Of a stretch of DNA of 64,000 nucleotides, positions 36,897-46,762 are shown in pieces. Every line of letters starts with the position of its first letter. Position 1 is the stretch's first letter. The notes under the pieces were generated by a model that was not told the DNA's origin, did not search any database, and saw only the letters and a list, made by a program, of their open reading frames with translations. This DNA comes from a virus, in IMG/VR virus record IMGVR_UViG_3300042401_001747; one strand, 5' to 3'. A program made the translations under genes and the position numbers.

Positions 36897-38957
36897 CTAA
36901 ACAGTTTGACCGAAGTTCCAAGCGGAACGAGCCTCATTTTCAGCCAGTTGATATTGACCATAAGCGAAGAAGTCGGTATACATTTCCACTAAGCCGTCTC
37001 TGAAGAACGAATATCGTCTTTCTTCGTCTGCGTATTCAAAAGATTTAATCATAAGTGAATTAATTTCTGAAAAATTCGCTTCATTTATTCTTTTAATTCT
37101 TGAAACGTGAGCATCAACCATTGCGCGAAGGTCCTTGACTGGGAGAGCTTTTACTTTTACTCCCTTTTCGGACGCTTCGTTTACTCGTGACTCAAAAGAA
37201 TCGCTAATAATAGAAGAAACAACCGGACGGATGTCTTCCTCTATCTGCTTATTCCATGTCTCAATTGACAAAACCGAGTCAACATCAAGAGTTCCGTGCA
37301 TTAAGGCCTTTTTAGACTTCAAGCCGCTAGCTTTTTCTAGCACTACTCTTTGTTGTCTTTCCGCTACACGCTCAACGCTTCTCGCAAGAATTTCAGTCCA
37401 TCTTTCAATTGACTGTTCGTTCTTGTCAATCATTTCTTTTACTTGAATTTGATTACTAGGAGAAGACGCAACAGTCATTGGCTGCGGAAGTCCACCAAGT
37501 GCCTCGGTAGGAATAGTGGTTTGAGCCAATTCGCCACCTTCGGCCATTCCGGCTTCGGCCATTGCCCCCTGCATGGTGTTCGTATCCAGAGGAATAGTCT
37601 CTGCCATTGGAGGAACCGGAGTTGGCATTCCAGGTGGCATTCCAGGCATTCCAGGTGGCATCCCCGGCATTCCTGGAGGGGCCCCAGGAGCCCCAGGAAT
37701 TTGAGCCTGTCCTTCTTCCATCTTCTTTTTCGTGTTTGCAATAGGAATAAGGTTTGGATTCTGAAGAAGCGAGTCAGCCAAGTCGGCATCTACTTCTTTG
37801 CGTGACGAGCCAGTTCTGTACTCGTTCGCACTAATTAGCCCAGACTGGAATTCCTGTAGTAAATACTTGTCCCGCTCTTGCTTGTAAAGCATGAGGATTG
37901 GAACTTCGGTTGTGTCAAAATCCAGATAGTACTTTTCATCAAGTTCGTCCAGCGCTCTAGATATTGGCTCCAAATGGGGAAGCATTGTCTCCATCCAGAA
38001 AACACGAATTTCTTCTGAGGCGTTACTGAAGGTTCTGCCAGAGGCGTTACCAATAACAGACTCAGGAACACCAAATGCAGAAAGTATTTCTTCTTTAGTT
38101 ATCTGACGCATCTGGACATAGGCAGCATCGCGTGGGTTTGCAGAAGTATCGACAAAGTCAACTCCGTCGTCTGCCGCGATAACCGTAGTGTGTCCAGCCC
38201 TTGCTAGGTTTCCTCTAAATCTGTTACGAAGTTCTTCTTTGTCGTCTTCATCAATTTCACCTCTGACAACCAACAGTCCACCCGGACGTCCGTCATTAAG
38301 AAGGTAGTTTCTGTTGTAAATCTTGGCAAGGTTTTCAATTTCTATGGCCACGCCTGCTGCCTCAAGAGGCGTAAGCGATAGGTAAGGGTCAATGGGGTGA
38401 GGGCGTCTAACCCAGCAGACATCTTCTGGCTTGAGTATTATTTTCTCGCCATAAGGCATTTGCACTTCGTAGCCAGAAACAAACGTTTTAGGGTCTGGTA
38501 TCGGTGCTGTTGACTGAGGTGGAAGAAGGTTGAGCCCAATGATTCCACCATCACGTCCACGTATCTTTTCTATAAAAGCTCCACGAGTACCCAGCATGAG
38601 CTGAGCAGAAAGCCTGTATCTAAAAATAAAAGAGTTTTCTCCGACATTGGCTTTATTGTTTAAAATCTCCAGCAGAGGATTGCGATTTGCTTCGCGGCCC
38701 TTAACAATTTCGCCGTGTTTTGAATTGTCTTTTCTTAAAATCATCGGCAAGCGCGCTTGGTTTCCCGAGATTGCGTCAATACACCTATTGACCCACGTGA
38801 TTTTAGACATGCCTTCGCGATAGGCGCGCTCTATGTCCCAAGAGTCACGATATGCCTTCCCAGCGAGGGATGGGTTCATGGATATGGGGGCTCCGTATCC
38901 TAAATTTTTGCTTGATTGTGAGCCCAAGCCTTTGTTTTGAGGCGAATTCCAGCCCAT
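36897..38957 (-). CDS. Portal protein (HK97 family) with Pro/Gly/Met linker and MuF-like C-terminal extension
   Basis: WVNRCIDAIS, L.LRG.AF, LSLTPLEAA, NDGRPGGLL, EEILSAFGVP, TFSNA...FW; C-terminal QLAENEARSAWNFG. Confidence 0.92.
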   Translation of the reverse strand: MGWNSPQNKGLGSQSSKNLGYGAPISMNPSLAGKAYRDSWDIERAYREGMSKITWVNRCIDAISGNQARLPMILRKDNSKHGEIVKGREANRNPLLEILNNKANVGENSFIFRYRLSAQLMLGTRGAFIEKIRGRDGGIIGLNLLPPQSTAPIPDPKTFVSGYEVQMPYGEKIILKPEDVCWVRRPHPIDPYLSLTPLEAAGVAIEIENLAKIYNRNYLLNDGRPGGLLVVRGEIDEDDKEELRNRFRGNLARAGHTTVIAADDGVDFVDTSANPRDAAYVQMRQITKEEILSAFGVPESVIGNASGRTFSNASEEIRVFWMETMLPHLEPISRALDELDEKYYLDFDTTEVPILMLYKQERDKYLLQEFQSGLISANEYRTGSSRKEVDADLADSLLQNPNLIPIANTKKKMEEGQAQIPGAPGAPPGMPGMPPGMPGMPPGMPTPVPPMAETIPLDTNTMQGAMAEAGMAEGGELAQTTIPTEALGGLPQPMTVASSPSNQIQVKEMIDKNEQSIERWTEILARSVERVAERQQRVVLEKASGLKSKKALMHGTLDVDSVLSIETWNKQIEEDIRPVVSSIISDSFESRVNEASEKGVKVKALPVKDLRAMVDAHVSRIKRINEANFSEINSLMIKSFEYADEERRYSFFRDGLVEMYTDFFAYGQYQLAENEARSAWNFGQTV

Positions 38958-38964
38958 CTATTAC

Positions 38965-39231
38965 CTACTCAAGTCCCAAAAGAAAGCCAAATATTCCACA
39001 GCCGACACCGGCAACCACCCAACCGGCAGGCATAAATATCATTCCTGCTCCAATACTAGTAAACAGTATAAAGCAAAACATCAGTACATTTGCGGACCTT
39101 GGTCTATTGACTTGTCTAGCCACAAAAAGAAATGGCGCTTTAATAATTCTTACAAAGTCAGAGCCTTTTGTTTTTACTCTTTTTATTAGCTTGGCTCTTC
39201 TGGTCTTTGTGTTCGATGACGCTGGGGGCAT
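38965..39231 (-). CDS. Small membrane protein upstream of the portal
   Basis: Basic N-terminus and two hydrophobic segments; likely start ATG 39231, 7 nt after TACTGT. Confidence 0.65.
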   Translation of the reverse strand: MPPASSNTKTRRAKLIKRVKTKGSDFVRIIKAPFLFVARQVNRPRSANVLMFCFILFTSIGAGMIFMPAGWVVAGVGCGIFGFLLGLE

Positions 39232-39302
39232 GTAACATACAGTAGCGCACAAATTGCCCCAAATGCACTAAGGGCTTTAATTGATTGGTCAATATATATC
39301 TC

Positions 39303-40616
39303 ATGGCTACAAAATCTAACTGGGATGAAGTACTTGAGTACCTGAGCCCAAAGCTGCCACCATTCTGCCCAGAAGAACCCTCAATTAATCAAAAAGTTTT
39401 TTTAAGAACTAATTCTATAGAGGCATTATTTGGAGGTGCGGCCGGAGGAGGAAAGTCCTCAGCCCTCCTGATGGCGGCGCTTCAGTATGTAGACGTTCCT
39501 GGCTATTCAGCCCTTCTCTGCCGTAGAACCTTTGCCGACCTTTCCCTGCCTGGAGCCTTGATGGACAGATTCAGGGCGTGGATGAGTAACTACGACGACG
39601 TTCACTGGAACAACAACACTTTCGTTGCCACCTTTCCATCTGGGGCCCGTATCTCCTTTGGTTACCTAAATAACGTAAATGACTACCTACGATACAAAGG
39701 TTCGGAATTTCAATTCATAGGAATGGACGAAGTTACCGAAATCAGAGAATCCGACTATAGATACCTCTTCTCTCGTCTTCGTCGACCCGCCAGTGGTCCA
39801 ATATCTCAGGTTCCGCTAAGAATGAGGGCTGCATCAAACCCAGCCCCTAACTGGGTGAGACAAAGGTTCATTGTAGAAGGCAAGGAGACCGGGCGCGTCT
39901 TCGTGCCATCCACGTTGAAGGACAACCCAGGAATTGACGCTGTTTCGTACCGTCAGGCCCTTTCAGAGCTGGACCCCGTTGAAAGACGACGCCTAGAAGA
40001 AGGAGACTGGTGGTCAACGACCCTCGGTAGCCTCTTTCAGCGCGAGGCCTTTCTTGTTATTGACCCAGAAGAGATACCCGTCATAACCAACTCAGCAAGG
40101 GTGGTCCGGTTTTGGGACCTTGCCGCGACAGAGCCACATGCTGGATACCCAGACCCCGACTGGACCGTAGGAACCCTAATGATGTTTGATGGCGGTGTTG
40201 CCTATGTTCTTGACGTAAAAAAGGCCAGAGTCAGGGGTGAAAAGGTGGAGCAACTCATCGCTAAGACGGCAGAAGAAGACGGTTTTGGTGTTGCCATCAG
40301 AATGGAGCAGGAGCCTGGTTCTTCAGGCAAGGCCCTGGTTGACCAATACGCCAGATACGTGATTCCTGGATACGATTTCGGCGCAATGCGCCCAACGGGA
40401 GATAAGGTCACAAGAGCTAGGCCTTTTGCTGCTGCCGCTTCAAACGGAAACGTGAGGCTAGTTCGCGCTTCATGGTTGACAGATTGGTTGGATGAATTTT
40501 CTTCATTCCCAGAAGCCTCAAACCATGACGACCAAATAGACTCCGCAGTTGGAGCATTTACCTATCTAACAGGTTTAGGGTTGCCACAACGCAAAAGAGC
40601 TTCTATACTCATCTAG
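39303..40616 (+). CDS. terL: Terminase large subunit
   Basis: Walker A GGAAGGGKS, Walker B FIGMDE, ASNP coupling motif, RNase H-like FWDLAA...D and HDDQIDS. Confidence 0.95.
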   Translation: MATKSNWDEVLEYLSPKLPPFCPEEPSINQKVFLRTNSIEALFGGAAGGGKSSALLMAALQYVDVPGYSALLCRRTFADLSLPGALMDRFRAWMSNYDDVHWNNNTFVATFPSGARISFGYLNNVNDYLRYKGSEFQFIGMDEVTEIRESDYRYLFSRLRRPASGPISQVPLRMRAASNPAPNWVRQRFIVEGKETGRVFVPSTLKDNPGIDAVSYRQALSELDPVERRRLEEGDWWSTTLGSLFQREAFLVIDPEEIPVITNSARVVRFWDLAATEPHAGYPDPDWTVGTLMMFDGGVAYVLDVKKARVRGEKVEQLIAKTAEEDGFGVAIRMEQEPGSSGKALVDQYARYVIPGYDFGAMRPTGDKVTRARPFAAAASNGNVRLVRASWLTDWLDEFSSFPEASNHDDQIDSAVGAFTYLTGLGLPQRKRASILI

Positions 40617-40652
40617 CAAATCACCTATCTAAACTTAAATGAGGTACTAGTA

Positions 40653-41150
40653 ATGAGCTTGGAAAAAATCCAAGAGCTCCGCTCTTCTTTAATCAACCTT
40701 GACAAAGAATTGTCCTTGTTCATATCCGGGGAACCTACACCAGAAGAAGCCGGTCAAGGACTCGCAGAGTTGAACCTTTTGAAAAGAGATGTCGCGCTCG
40801 TTTATGATTCCTTCGCACACGCTCTGTCCGAAATCATGGGTTCAGTAGAGATGCTGTCACTCCCTGACGGCACCACGATTGAAAAGAAGTCAGCCTACGA
40901 CAGAAAAGGCTGGAAGCATTTAGAGCTCGGTTCAGCCGTAGCGGAACGTCTTGTAAAAATGTCTATTGACATGGACACTGGAGAGGTGACAAAGTCTCCA
41001 AAGGAAATCGCAGAAGAAATGCTTGCCTACTGCGCTCCGTCATATTGGAGAATTAAAGAACTAAACAAAATCGGCTTAAATGCCGATAACTTTAGTGAGA
41101 CTGGCGAACTCAAAACAAGCATCATCGTTCGCAAACCTAAAAATACATAA
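40653..41150 (+). CDS. Hypothetical protein
   Basis: 165-aa ORF with GAGG RBS. Confidence 0.7.
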   Translation: MSLEKIQELRSSLINLDKELSLFISGEPTPEEAGQGLAELNLLKRDVALVYDSFAHALSEIMGSVEMLSLPDGTTIEKKSAYDRKGWKHLELGSAVAERLVKMSIDMDTGEVTKSPKEIAEEMLAYCAPSYWRIKELNKIGLNADNFSETGELKTSIIVRKPKNT

Positions 41151-41178
41151 ACATACTTAACTAAACAAGGAGACCTAC

Positions 41179-41871
41179 GTGTCGTCTATTAATATCAATA
41201 ACTCAGAGAACATTTCGCGTCTCTTAGCAGAGCCTTTCTCGGAAGAAATGGAACGCACGAGAATCAAGGGCGGAATTTCGCTCATCTATCTTCCGATAAG
41301 TGAAGTCATCAATCGTCTTAACAAAGTTTTGGGCGTTGACAACTGGTCGTTTGAAATCGTTTCCGTTCGCCGTGACGATGTGGATACAGATGAAATTGTT
41401 GCTCACGTATCGTTAACTGCCACCATAGGTGATTTAACCGTCATTAAACACGGTTTTGGTGGTTCCTCAGTGAAGCGTCAGAAGAAAGACAACAAGCCAC
41501 TTGACCTCGGAAACGACTTTAAAGGGGCCGTCTCTGATGCTCTTAAAAAGGCCGCTCAGCTATTGGGTGTCGGTCTATACCTCGCACGCTCTGCAGATGC
41601 CTTAGACGCGGAATACGCATCCTCTGCGCCAGCCCCACAACCCGAGGTGCCATCAGAGATTGATGAAAAATGGACCAACTTTGTTTCAGTTGCAAAAACA
41701 CTGACACAAGAACAAAAAGACTCATTGAACACTTTTTGGACCAATCATTCAAACGGGAAAGCAAAGCCCACTCGCGCTACCGTGACTGAAGAAGACATTG
41801 ACACCCTTGTTGTTGAGGCAATGCGTTTGTCGTTTGGTGCAACTCTTGTTGCAAAAACAGATGACAACTGA
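41179..41871 (+). CDS. Rad52/Rad22-family (Sak-like) single-strand annealing protein
   Basis: LIYL...VINRLNKVLGVDNWSFEI...K.G.G...FKGAVSDALKKAAQLLGVGLYL. Confidence 0.88.
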   Translation: MSSININNSENISRLLAEPFSEEMERTRIKGGISLIYLPISEVINRLNKVLGVDNWSFEIVSVRRDDVDTDEIVAHVSLTATIGDLTVIKHGFGGSSVKRQKKDNKPLDLGNDFKGAVSDALKKAAQLLGVGLYLARSADALDAEYASSAPAPQPEVPSEIDEKWTNFVSVAKTLTQEQKDSLNTFWTNHSNGKAKPTRATVTEEDIDTLVVEAMRLSFGATLVAKTDDN

Positions 41872-42640
41872 CCAAGACGGGCTCATGCAGGCCCCAGAAC
41901 TGCTTTCTCCTTCTTCAATATCCACATTCCAGCAATGTCCTATGAAGTTTAAGTACAGCAAGATTGATGGACTTAGGGACTCTCCGACAGAAGCAACAAT
42001 GCTTGGCAACTTTGTTCATGAAATCCTAGAAACAATGTACGCCCTTCCCTCCGAACAAAGAACACAAGAAACCGCTCGCCAACTGGCGCGAGATTTATGG
42101 GCTGCAAAATGGGAAGCAGAAGTCACCACTTTAATCCGTGGGGAAAAAGAACTGCGTCTTTTCAGATGGTCTGCCTGGTGGTGTGTTGAAAATCTCTGGA
42201 TGCTGGAGCAGCCACAAGAAGTTGAGCCGTGGGGCATCGAAGAGCATGTGGAAGGCGAGATATCCGGAATCAAACTTCATGGATTTATAGACCGCTTGCA
42301 CCTAGATGGAGATACCGCAAAAGTTTCCGATTACAAAACAGGCAAAACACCGAAAAAGAATTACATTGAAGATAAGTATTTTCAGCTAATTATCTATACT
42401 CAGCTCCTCAAAAGCCTCGGCATAGAGGCCAAGAAGTTTGAGATAGAGCTTCTGTACCTAAAAGATGGGGTTAGGTTTGCAAAAGAAGTAACTGCAGAAG
42501 ATGTGCAGAAAGTTGCTTCAGTGATTGCAGAAGTAAGAGCAGGCATAGAAGAGCGCTGCAAGAATGGATATTTTGAACCCAACAAAACCATTTTATGTAA
42601 CTGGTGTGGGTTTAAGAAAATATGCCCTGCGTGGCAGTGA
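41861..42640 (+). CDS. PD-(D/E)XK RecB/Cas4-like exonuclease with Fe-S Cys cluster
   Basis: LSPSS...CP, GNFVHEILE, GFIDRL...SDYKTGK, QL..Y, CNWC...CP. Confidence 0.88.
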   Translation: MTTDQDGLMQAPELLSPSSISTFQQCPMKFKYSKIDGLRDSPTEATMLGNFVHEILETMYALPSEQRTQETARQLARDLWAAKWEAEVTTLIRGEKELRLFRWSAWWCVENLWMLEQPQEVEPWGIEEHVEGEISGIKLHGFIDRLHLDGDTAKVSDYKTGKTPKKNYIEDKYFQLIIYTQLLKSLGIEAKKFEIELLYLKDGVRFAKEVTAEDVQKVASVIAEVRAGIEERCKNGYFEPNKTILCNWCGFKKICPAWQ

Positions 42641-42652
42641 CCCAAAAAATAT

Positions 42653-43168
42653 ATGAACTCAAGATGGAATGATGACACTTTTGCTCGCATGGTCGCCGAA
42701 GAGGTAAAAAACAAAGTTACCCCTTTGGAGCGCGCGGAGCTCAGGCTGGTCGAAAACTGGGATAGATGGAAAAGAGCTTTGCTTGCCCTGTCCGAAAACC
42801 TTCAAAGACAAATAGAAAGTATTGAGGCAGATAGTGAATCTGACCAAAAACGATACTCTTCGTTGGACTTCAAGTTTAAAAAACTCAATGACGAGACACA
42901 GCGTTATTACAACGAAAAAGCAACACGAATAAACAGGTTTAAGTACCATGTTGACCGTCGGCTTGACGAAGTTTGCGTAATGATTGAGACTGGCGAATCC
43001 ACTCTGGAAGACGGGTGGAAGGAGGTCGATTTCTACAGAAGAGCAATCATCGCTCATAGAACACTAATGAGAGACTTTGACCTGGAAGATACGGCAATCG
43101 ACCGTTCTTTGTGGGAATGCCTTGACAGTAAGTGGACTTTTGATTCTATAAACAACGACAACCTCTAG
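42653..43168 (+). CDS. Hypothetical protein (coiled coil)
   Basis: 171-aa ORF within the operon. Confidence 0.7.
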   Translation: MNSRWNDDTFARMVAEEVKNKVTPLERAELRLVENWDRWKRALLALSENLQRQIESIEADSESDQKRYSSLDFKFKKLNDETQRYYNEKATRINRFKYHVDRRLDEVCVMIETGESTLEDGWKEVDFYRRAIIAHRTLMRDFDLEDTAIDRSLWECLDSKWTFDSINNDNL

Positions 43169-43188
43169 TGCTGTATTCTTTAGCTTAG

Positions 43189-43557
43189 ATGAAGCCAAGG
43201 AAACCACTAAAGCGAACACCGTTAAAACGAACCTCACTAAACCGAGGAACTAAACCAATCCCAAAAAGAAGCAAGAAAACGGAACAGGTTTATGTTGAGA
43301 GACGTAAAATCGTTTCTTCTATGCTTGCCGAGTTTCCTTTTTGCTTTGCGTGTCCAGTTTTTGCCAAACATGACGGCTTGACAACGTTTATTCATAAAAA
43401 CAGCGTAGACGTGCATGAGTTAATAAGAAGGTCTCAAGGCGGGTCAATACTTGACGAAGAAAACTTGGTAACAGTCTGCAGAGCCTGCCATACCAGGATT
43501 GGTGAAGAGCCTTCTTTGGCCTTTTCTTTAGGATTAGCAAAACATTCTTGGGAATGA
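43189..43557 (+). CDS. HNH-like endonuclease
   Basis: CFAC...DVHE...RSQGG...NLVTVCRACH. Confidence 0.75.
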   Translation: MKPRKPLKRTPLKRTSLNRGTKPIPKRSKKTEQVYVERRKIVSSMLAEFPFCFACPVFAKHDGLTTFIHKNSVDVHELIRRSQGGSILDEENLVTVCRACHTRIGEEPSLAFSLGLAKHSWE

Positions 43558-43572
43558 ATGTATTATTTAATC

Positions 43573-43660
43573 ACTCCTTAGAATCGCTACCTGGGGACAT
43601 TATAGGTACATGGGCAGGCTGGCGCGGCAATAACGCGACTGCCTGCCTTTGTATTTATTT
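43573..43660 (+). ncRNA. Candidate small structured RNA or strong terminator
   Basis: TGTATTAT promoter-like element upstream; hairpins TACCT/AGGTA and GGGCAGGC..CGCG-GCAATAA-CGCG..GCCTGCCT, then a U-rich tail. Confidence 0.35.
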
Positions 43661-43678
43661 GCTATAGTCAGACTTACT

Positions 43679-44194
43679 ATGCGCCTCATGGGTCTTGACC
43701 TCTCACTAACATCCACAGGAATATCCATGGACGGCGTGACCAGCGTTGTACGGTCTAAAGCAAAAGGGGCCGAGCGTCTCTCTGACATCACAAGAACCGT
43801 GTTGCATGAGTGCTTAGAAAATGAAATCATTTGCGTTCTGATTGAAGGTTATTCGTTTGCTTCCAGAAGTGGACAAGCATTCAGTATTGGCGAACTCGGT
43901 GGCTGCATTAGGATGACACTGTTTGAATGCAATATTCCTATTGTTGAAATCCCGCCCACCTGTCGTGCAAAGTTTGCAACTGGACGAGGAAATGCATCAA
44001 AAGGAGAAGTCATTTCTGCCATCTCAGCAAAGACCGGGATTATATTTAGTGGAGCATCTGGGAACGACGAATGTGATGCATGGGTTCTTGAGCGAATGGG
44101 AATGGTTCGCCTCGGAATAGATACTCAATGGGAATGGACAAAAGAGCAACTTTCTGCACTTGACAAAGTAGACTGGTCTCCACTAGAAGGATAG
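43679..44194 (+). CDS. RuvC-like Holliday junction resolvase
   Basis: GLDLSLTSTG, LIEGY, ELGG, KFATGRGNASK, DECDA acidic active-site motifs. Confidence 0.88.
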   Translation: MRLMGLDLSLTSTGISMDGVTSVVRSKAKGAERLSDITRTVLHECLENEIICVLIEGYSFASRSGQAFSIGELGGCIRMTLFECNIPIVEIPPTCRAKFATGRGNASKGEVISAISAKTGIIFSGASGNDECDAWVLERMGMVRLGIDTQWEWTKEQLSALDKVDWSPLEG

Positions 44195-44196
44195 GT

Positions 44197-44544
44197 GTGA
44201 ATAAAAGTATGAGAAGTTCTCCAATAAGCCAAATTGACATTGAACAGGAATTGATTCGTTTAATGGATTCCTTAGAAGAGGAAACTGAACAATTTGAGTC
44301 GTTATCTATGGACATGGCTAAGAAAGAGTCTTTCTATAAGGCGAACTGGGCGCGAGAGTACCTATCAGCCAAGGGTTCAATTAAGGAAAGAGAGGCTTGG
44401 GCTGATTATAAATTAGACCAAGAACATTTTGAATATAAGTGCGCTGAAGCTTTGGTTAAGTCAAAAAGAGAAAAGCTTTCCTCGGTTCGCGCATCAATGG
44501 ACGCAATCAGAACACTCAATGCCAACGTAAGGTCTCAGGTATAG
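44197..44544 (+). CDS. Coiled-coil hypothetical protein
   Basis: 115 aa, ending RTLNANVR. Confidence 0.7.
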   Translation: MNKSMRSSPISQIDIEQELIRLMDSLEEETEQFESLSMDMAKKESFYKANWAREYLSAKGSIKEREAWADYKLDQEHFEYKCAEALVKSKREKLSSVRASMDAIRTLNANVRSQV

Positions 44545-44546
44545 AT

Positions 44547-45410
44547 ATGGCTAATGGAATACATGAATCTCTGGAATCCCTGGCTTTCGACATAAGCCTT
44601 CTTGAGTCCCTCCATAACAATCCACGAAGAGGAGACGTTAATGCGATTATGGCATCCTACGCCGAGTTTGGACAGATTAAACCAATAGTGATAAGACCCA
44701 ACGGAGACGGTACAGCAACCGTCATAGCGGGCAATCACCAACTAGAAGCAGCAAAACTTCTTGGGTGGGACAAGATAGCTGCTGTTCAGTTTGACGTCGA
44801 TGACACTAGGGCCATGGCTTTTGCTATTGCTGACAACCGAACAATGGAGCTTGGGTACACCGAGCCAGAACTTCTTGAAGAGTTTGTTTTAGAAATGGTC
44901 GACTTTTATCCAGAACTTTTAACTGGATTGGGATGGGATGAATTTTCAACAGCCGAAATTGAACAGCGCTTCATCAGAGAAGACAATCGGGTAGTCGAGC
45001 CAGGGGCTGGATTTATGTCCCCTGTAATTAATTCTGATTACGGAAACGGATTTAGTTCTCGGCTTGATAAATTTTCCGACTATGAAGATTCTGATGAAGA
45101 TGCTCTAGTTAAAGACGCTCCAGAAATGGATAGAAATGTTGTTTCAGTAACTCAAACAGGAGACGGAAAACAGAGAATCGACATCATGCCAGGCATGAAT
45201 CAAAACGATGCAGTAATTAGAGGTTCAACAACAATTGCTCCTGGCTCGGCACCAAGAGCCGTCGTTCAGTACACAATCGTGTTTGACAACACGGACCAAC
45301 AAGCACGATGGTATGAATTCATGAAATGGCTAAAAGCTGACCCAGCTGTTGCTGGCGTAACAATGGCCGAAAAACTAATCGACTTCATAGACCAACACAT
45401 AGAAATATAG
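44547..45410 (+). CDS. ParB/Srx N-terminal domain protein
   Basis: NPRRGD...FGQIKPIV...VIAGNHQLEAAK.LGW...ADNR. Confidence 0.85.
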   Translation: MANGIHESLESLAFDISLLESLHNNPRRGDVNAIMASYAEFGQIKPIVIRPNGDGTATVIAGNHQLEAAKLLGWDKIAAVQFDVDDTRAMAFAIADNRTMELGYTEPELLEEFVLEMVDFYPELLTGLGWDEFSTAEIEQRFIREDNRVVEPGAGFMSPVINSDYGNGFSSRLDKFSDYEDSDEDALVKDAPEMDRNVVSVTQTGDGKQRIDIMPGMNQNDAVIRGSTTIAPGSAPRAVVQYTIVFDNTDQQARWYEFMKWLKADPAVAGVTMAEKLIDFIDQHIEI

Positions 45411-45418
45411 GATTACCA

Positions 45419-45622
45419 ATGGAACAGACCATAGAACAAAAATGTAGATACCTCCTCGGCAGAGGAAAAGTATCGCCGGCCGAGTGCGCTGAAGTTTTAG
45501 AGGCGCTTGATACTCGCATCTCTGAAGCAACGTACTGGAAAAGCGTAGCTGAAAACATGATGCGCGAGAACAACGAGCTTCGTGCCGAGGTATCACGCCT
45601 CACTCAAATCGCAAGATACTAA
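45419..45622 (+). CDS. Small hypothetical protein
   Basis: 67-aa ORF that fills the gap exactly and abuts the next ATG. Confidence 0.55.
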   Translation: MEQTIEQKCRYLLGRGKVSPAECAEVLEALDTRISEATYWKSVAENMMRENNELRAEVSRLTQIARY

Positions 45623-46762
45623 ATGACTCGTCAGCGCCTATTTCTTGATATGTCCTGCGTTGACGCAGCAAGACAGAGAATACGGCACGTCTACGACACC
45701 TTCGATACTGTCTGTGTACAGTTCTCTGGAGGCAAAGACTCCACTGCGATTCTGTATCTAGCAAAAGAAATACATGAAGAGCGAGGCCTTGGTCCAGTAA
45801 AGGTAATCTTTCGAGACGAAGAGATGGTCAGTCCTACTGTCGTAAAGTACGTGGAAAAGGTTCGCAACTACGACTGGGTTGATATGGAGTGGTACTGCCT
45901 TCCTTACCCTGCAGAGATATGGTTTCTAGGTCACAGGCTTACTACTATTTTGTGGAGCCAGCAAAGATTCGAACAAGACAGATGGGTTAGACCCATGCCT
46001 CCGTGGGCCATTAGTGGTAAGCATTTTGGTTTAACTCATGAAGTTTCTCTTCCTGAGCAGACCGACTATTACACGATGCAGGGGAAAAAGGGAAACGTGG
46101 CTTTCCTGACCGGTGTTAGGGCTAGTGAATCAATGGTTCGTTATCGCTCTGTAGTTCAAAAATTGCACGAGAACTACATCAATATCCCATACAAGTTAAA
46201 AAAGGGAATCCCTTTAAAGTTTGCAAAAATAATCTACGACTGGAATACGAATGATGTATTCAAGTTTATTATTGAAGAACATGAAGCGGAATACTGTGAG
46301 TATTACGACCTGGCTGTAACCACGGGGAGCAACACGAGAGTCGGCATCCCTCTGCATGCTACGGCAATTCGCAGAATAGGTGACGTAGTTGCTACTGAGC
46401 CAGAATTCTACGACAGACTGTTTGACTGCTTTCCATACATAGATGCCCAAAGACGCTTGTGGGCTGATTTTGATTCAGAAAAACTCATAGAGAGCTATGC
46501 GCGAAGAGGATTTGATGGGGCGTCTGCGTTTATTGACAAGTACCTAATAGGTGATAGACGAAAGACCGAGGCTCGTGTTTATGTTTCAAAATTTAGAAAG
46601 AAACACCTGAGCGACCCTCATGGATATCCAGTCAGCTGGCTGATAAGAAACTTAATGCTTAACGATATTGACGTTAATTCACCAACCCCTGTGGGTCCCA
46701 AAACCAGAGCTCACGCTGTACGAGCACTGGAACTAGAAAGAGCAGATATCTATGAATATTAA
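45623..46762 (+). CDS. PAPS-reductase-like PP-loop protein (IbrA/DUF3440-like)
   Basis: QFSGGKDS PP-loop, GVRASES..R, IYDW...DVF, YD...RVG.P. Confidence 0.85.
   Translation: MTRQRLFLDMSCVDAARQRIRHVYDTFDTVCVQFSGGKDSTAILYLAKEIHEERGLGPVKVIFRDEEMVSPTVVKYVEKVRNYDWVDMEWYCLPYPAEIWFLGHRLTTILWSQQRFEQDRWVRPMPPWAISGKHFGLTHEVSLPEQTDYYTMQGKKGNVAFLTGVRASESMVRYRSVVQKLHENYINIPYKLKKGIPLKFAKIIYDWNTNDVFKFIIEEHEAEYCEYYDLAVTTGSNTRVGIPLHATAIRRIGDVVATEPEFYDRLFDCFPYIDAQRRLWADFDSEKLIESYARRGFDGASAFIDKYLIGDRRKTEARVYVSKFRKKHLSDPHGYPVSWLIRNLMLNDIDVNSPTPVGPKTRAHAVRALELERADIYEY

Noticed and set aside
41861-42640. Cas4-like nuclease as evidence of a CRISPR system
   Set aside because: No array or other cas genes seen; its context (Sak, RuvC) indicates a phage recombination exonuclease.
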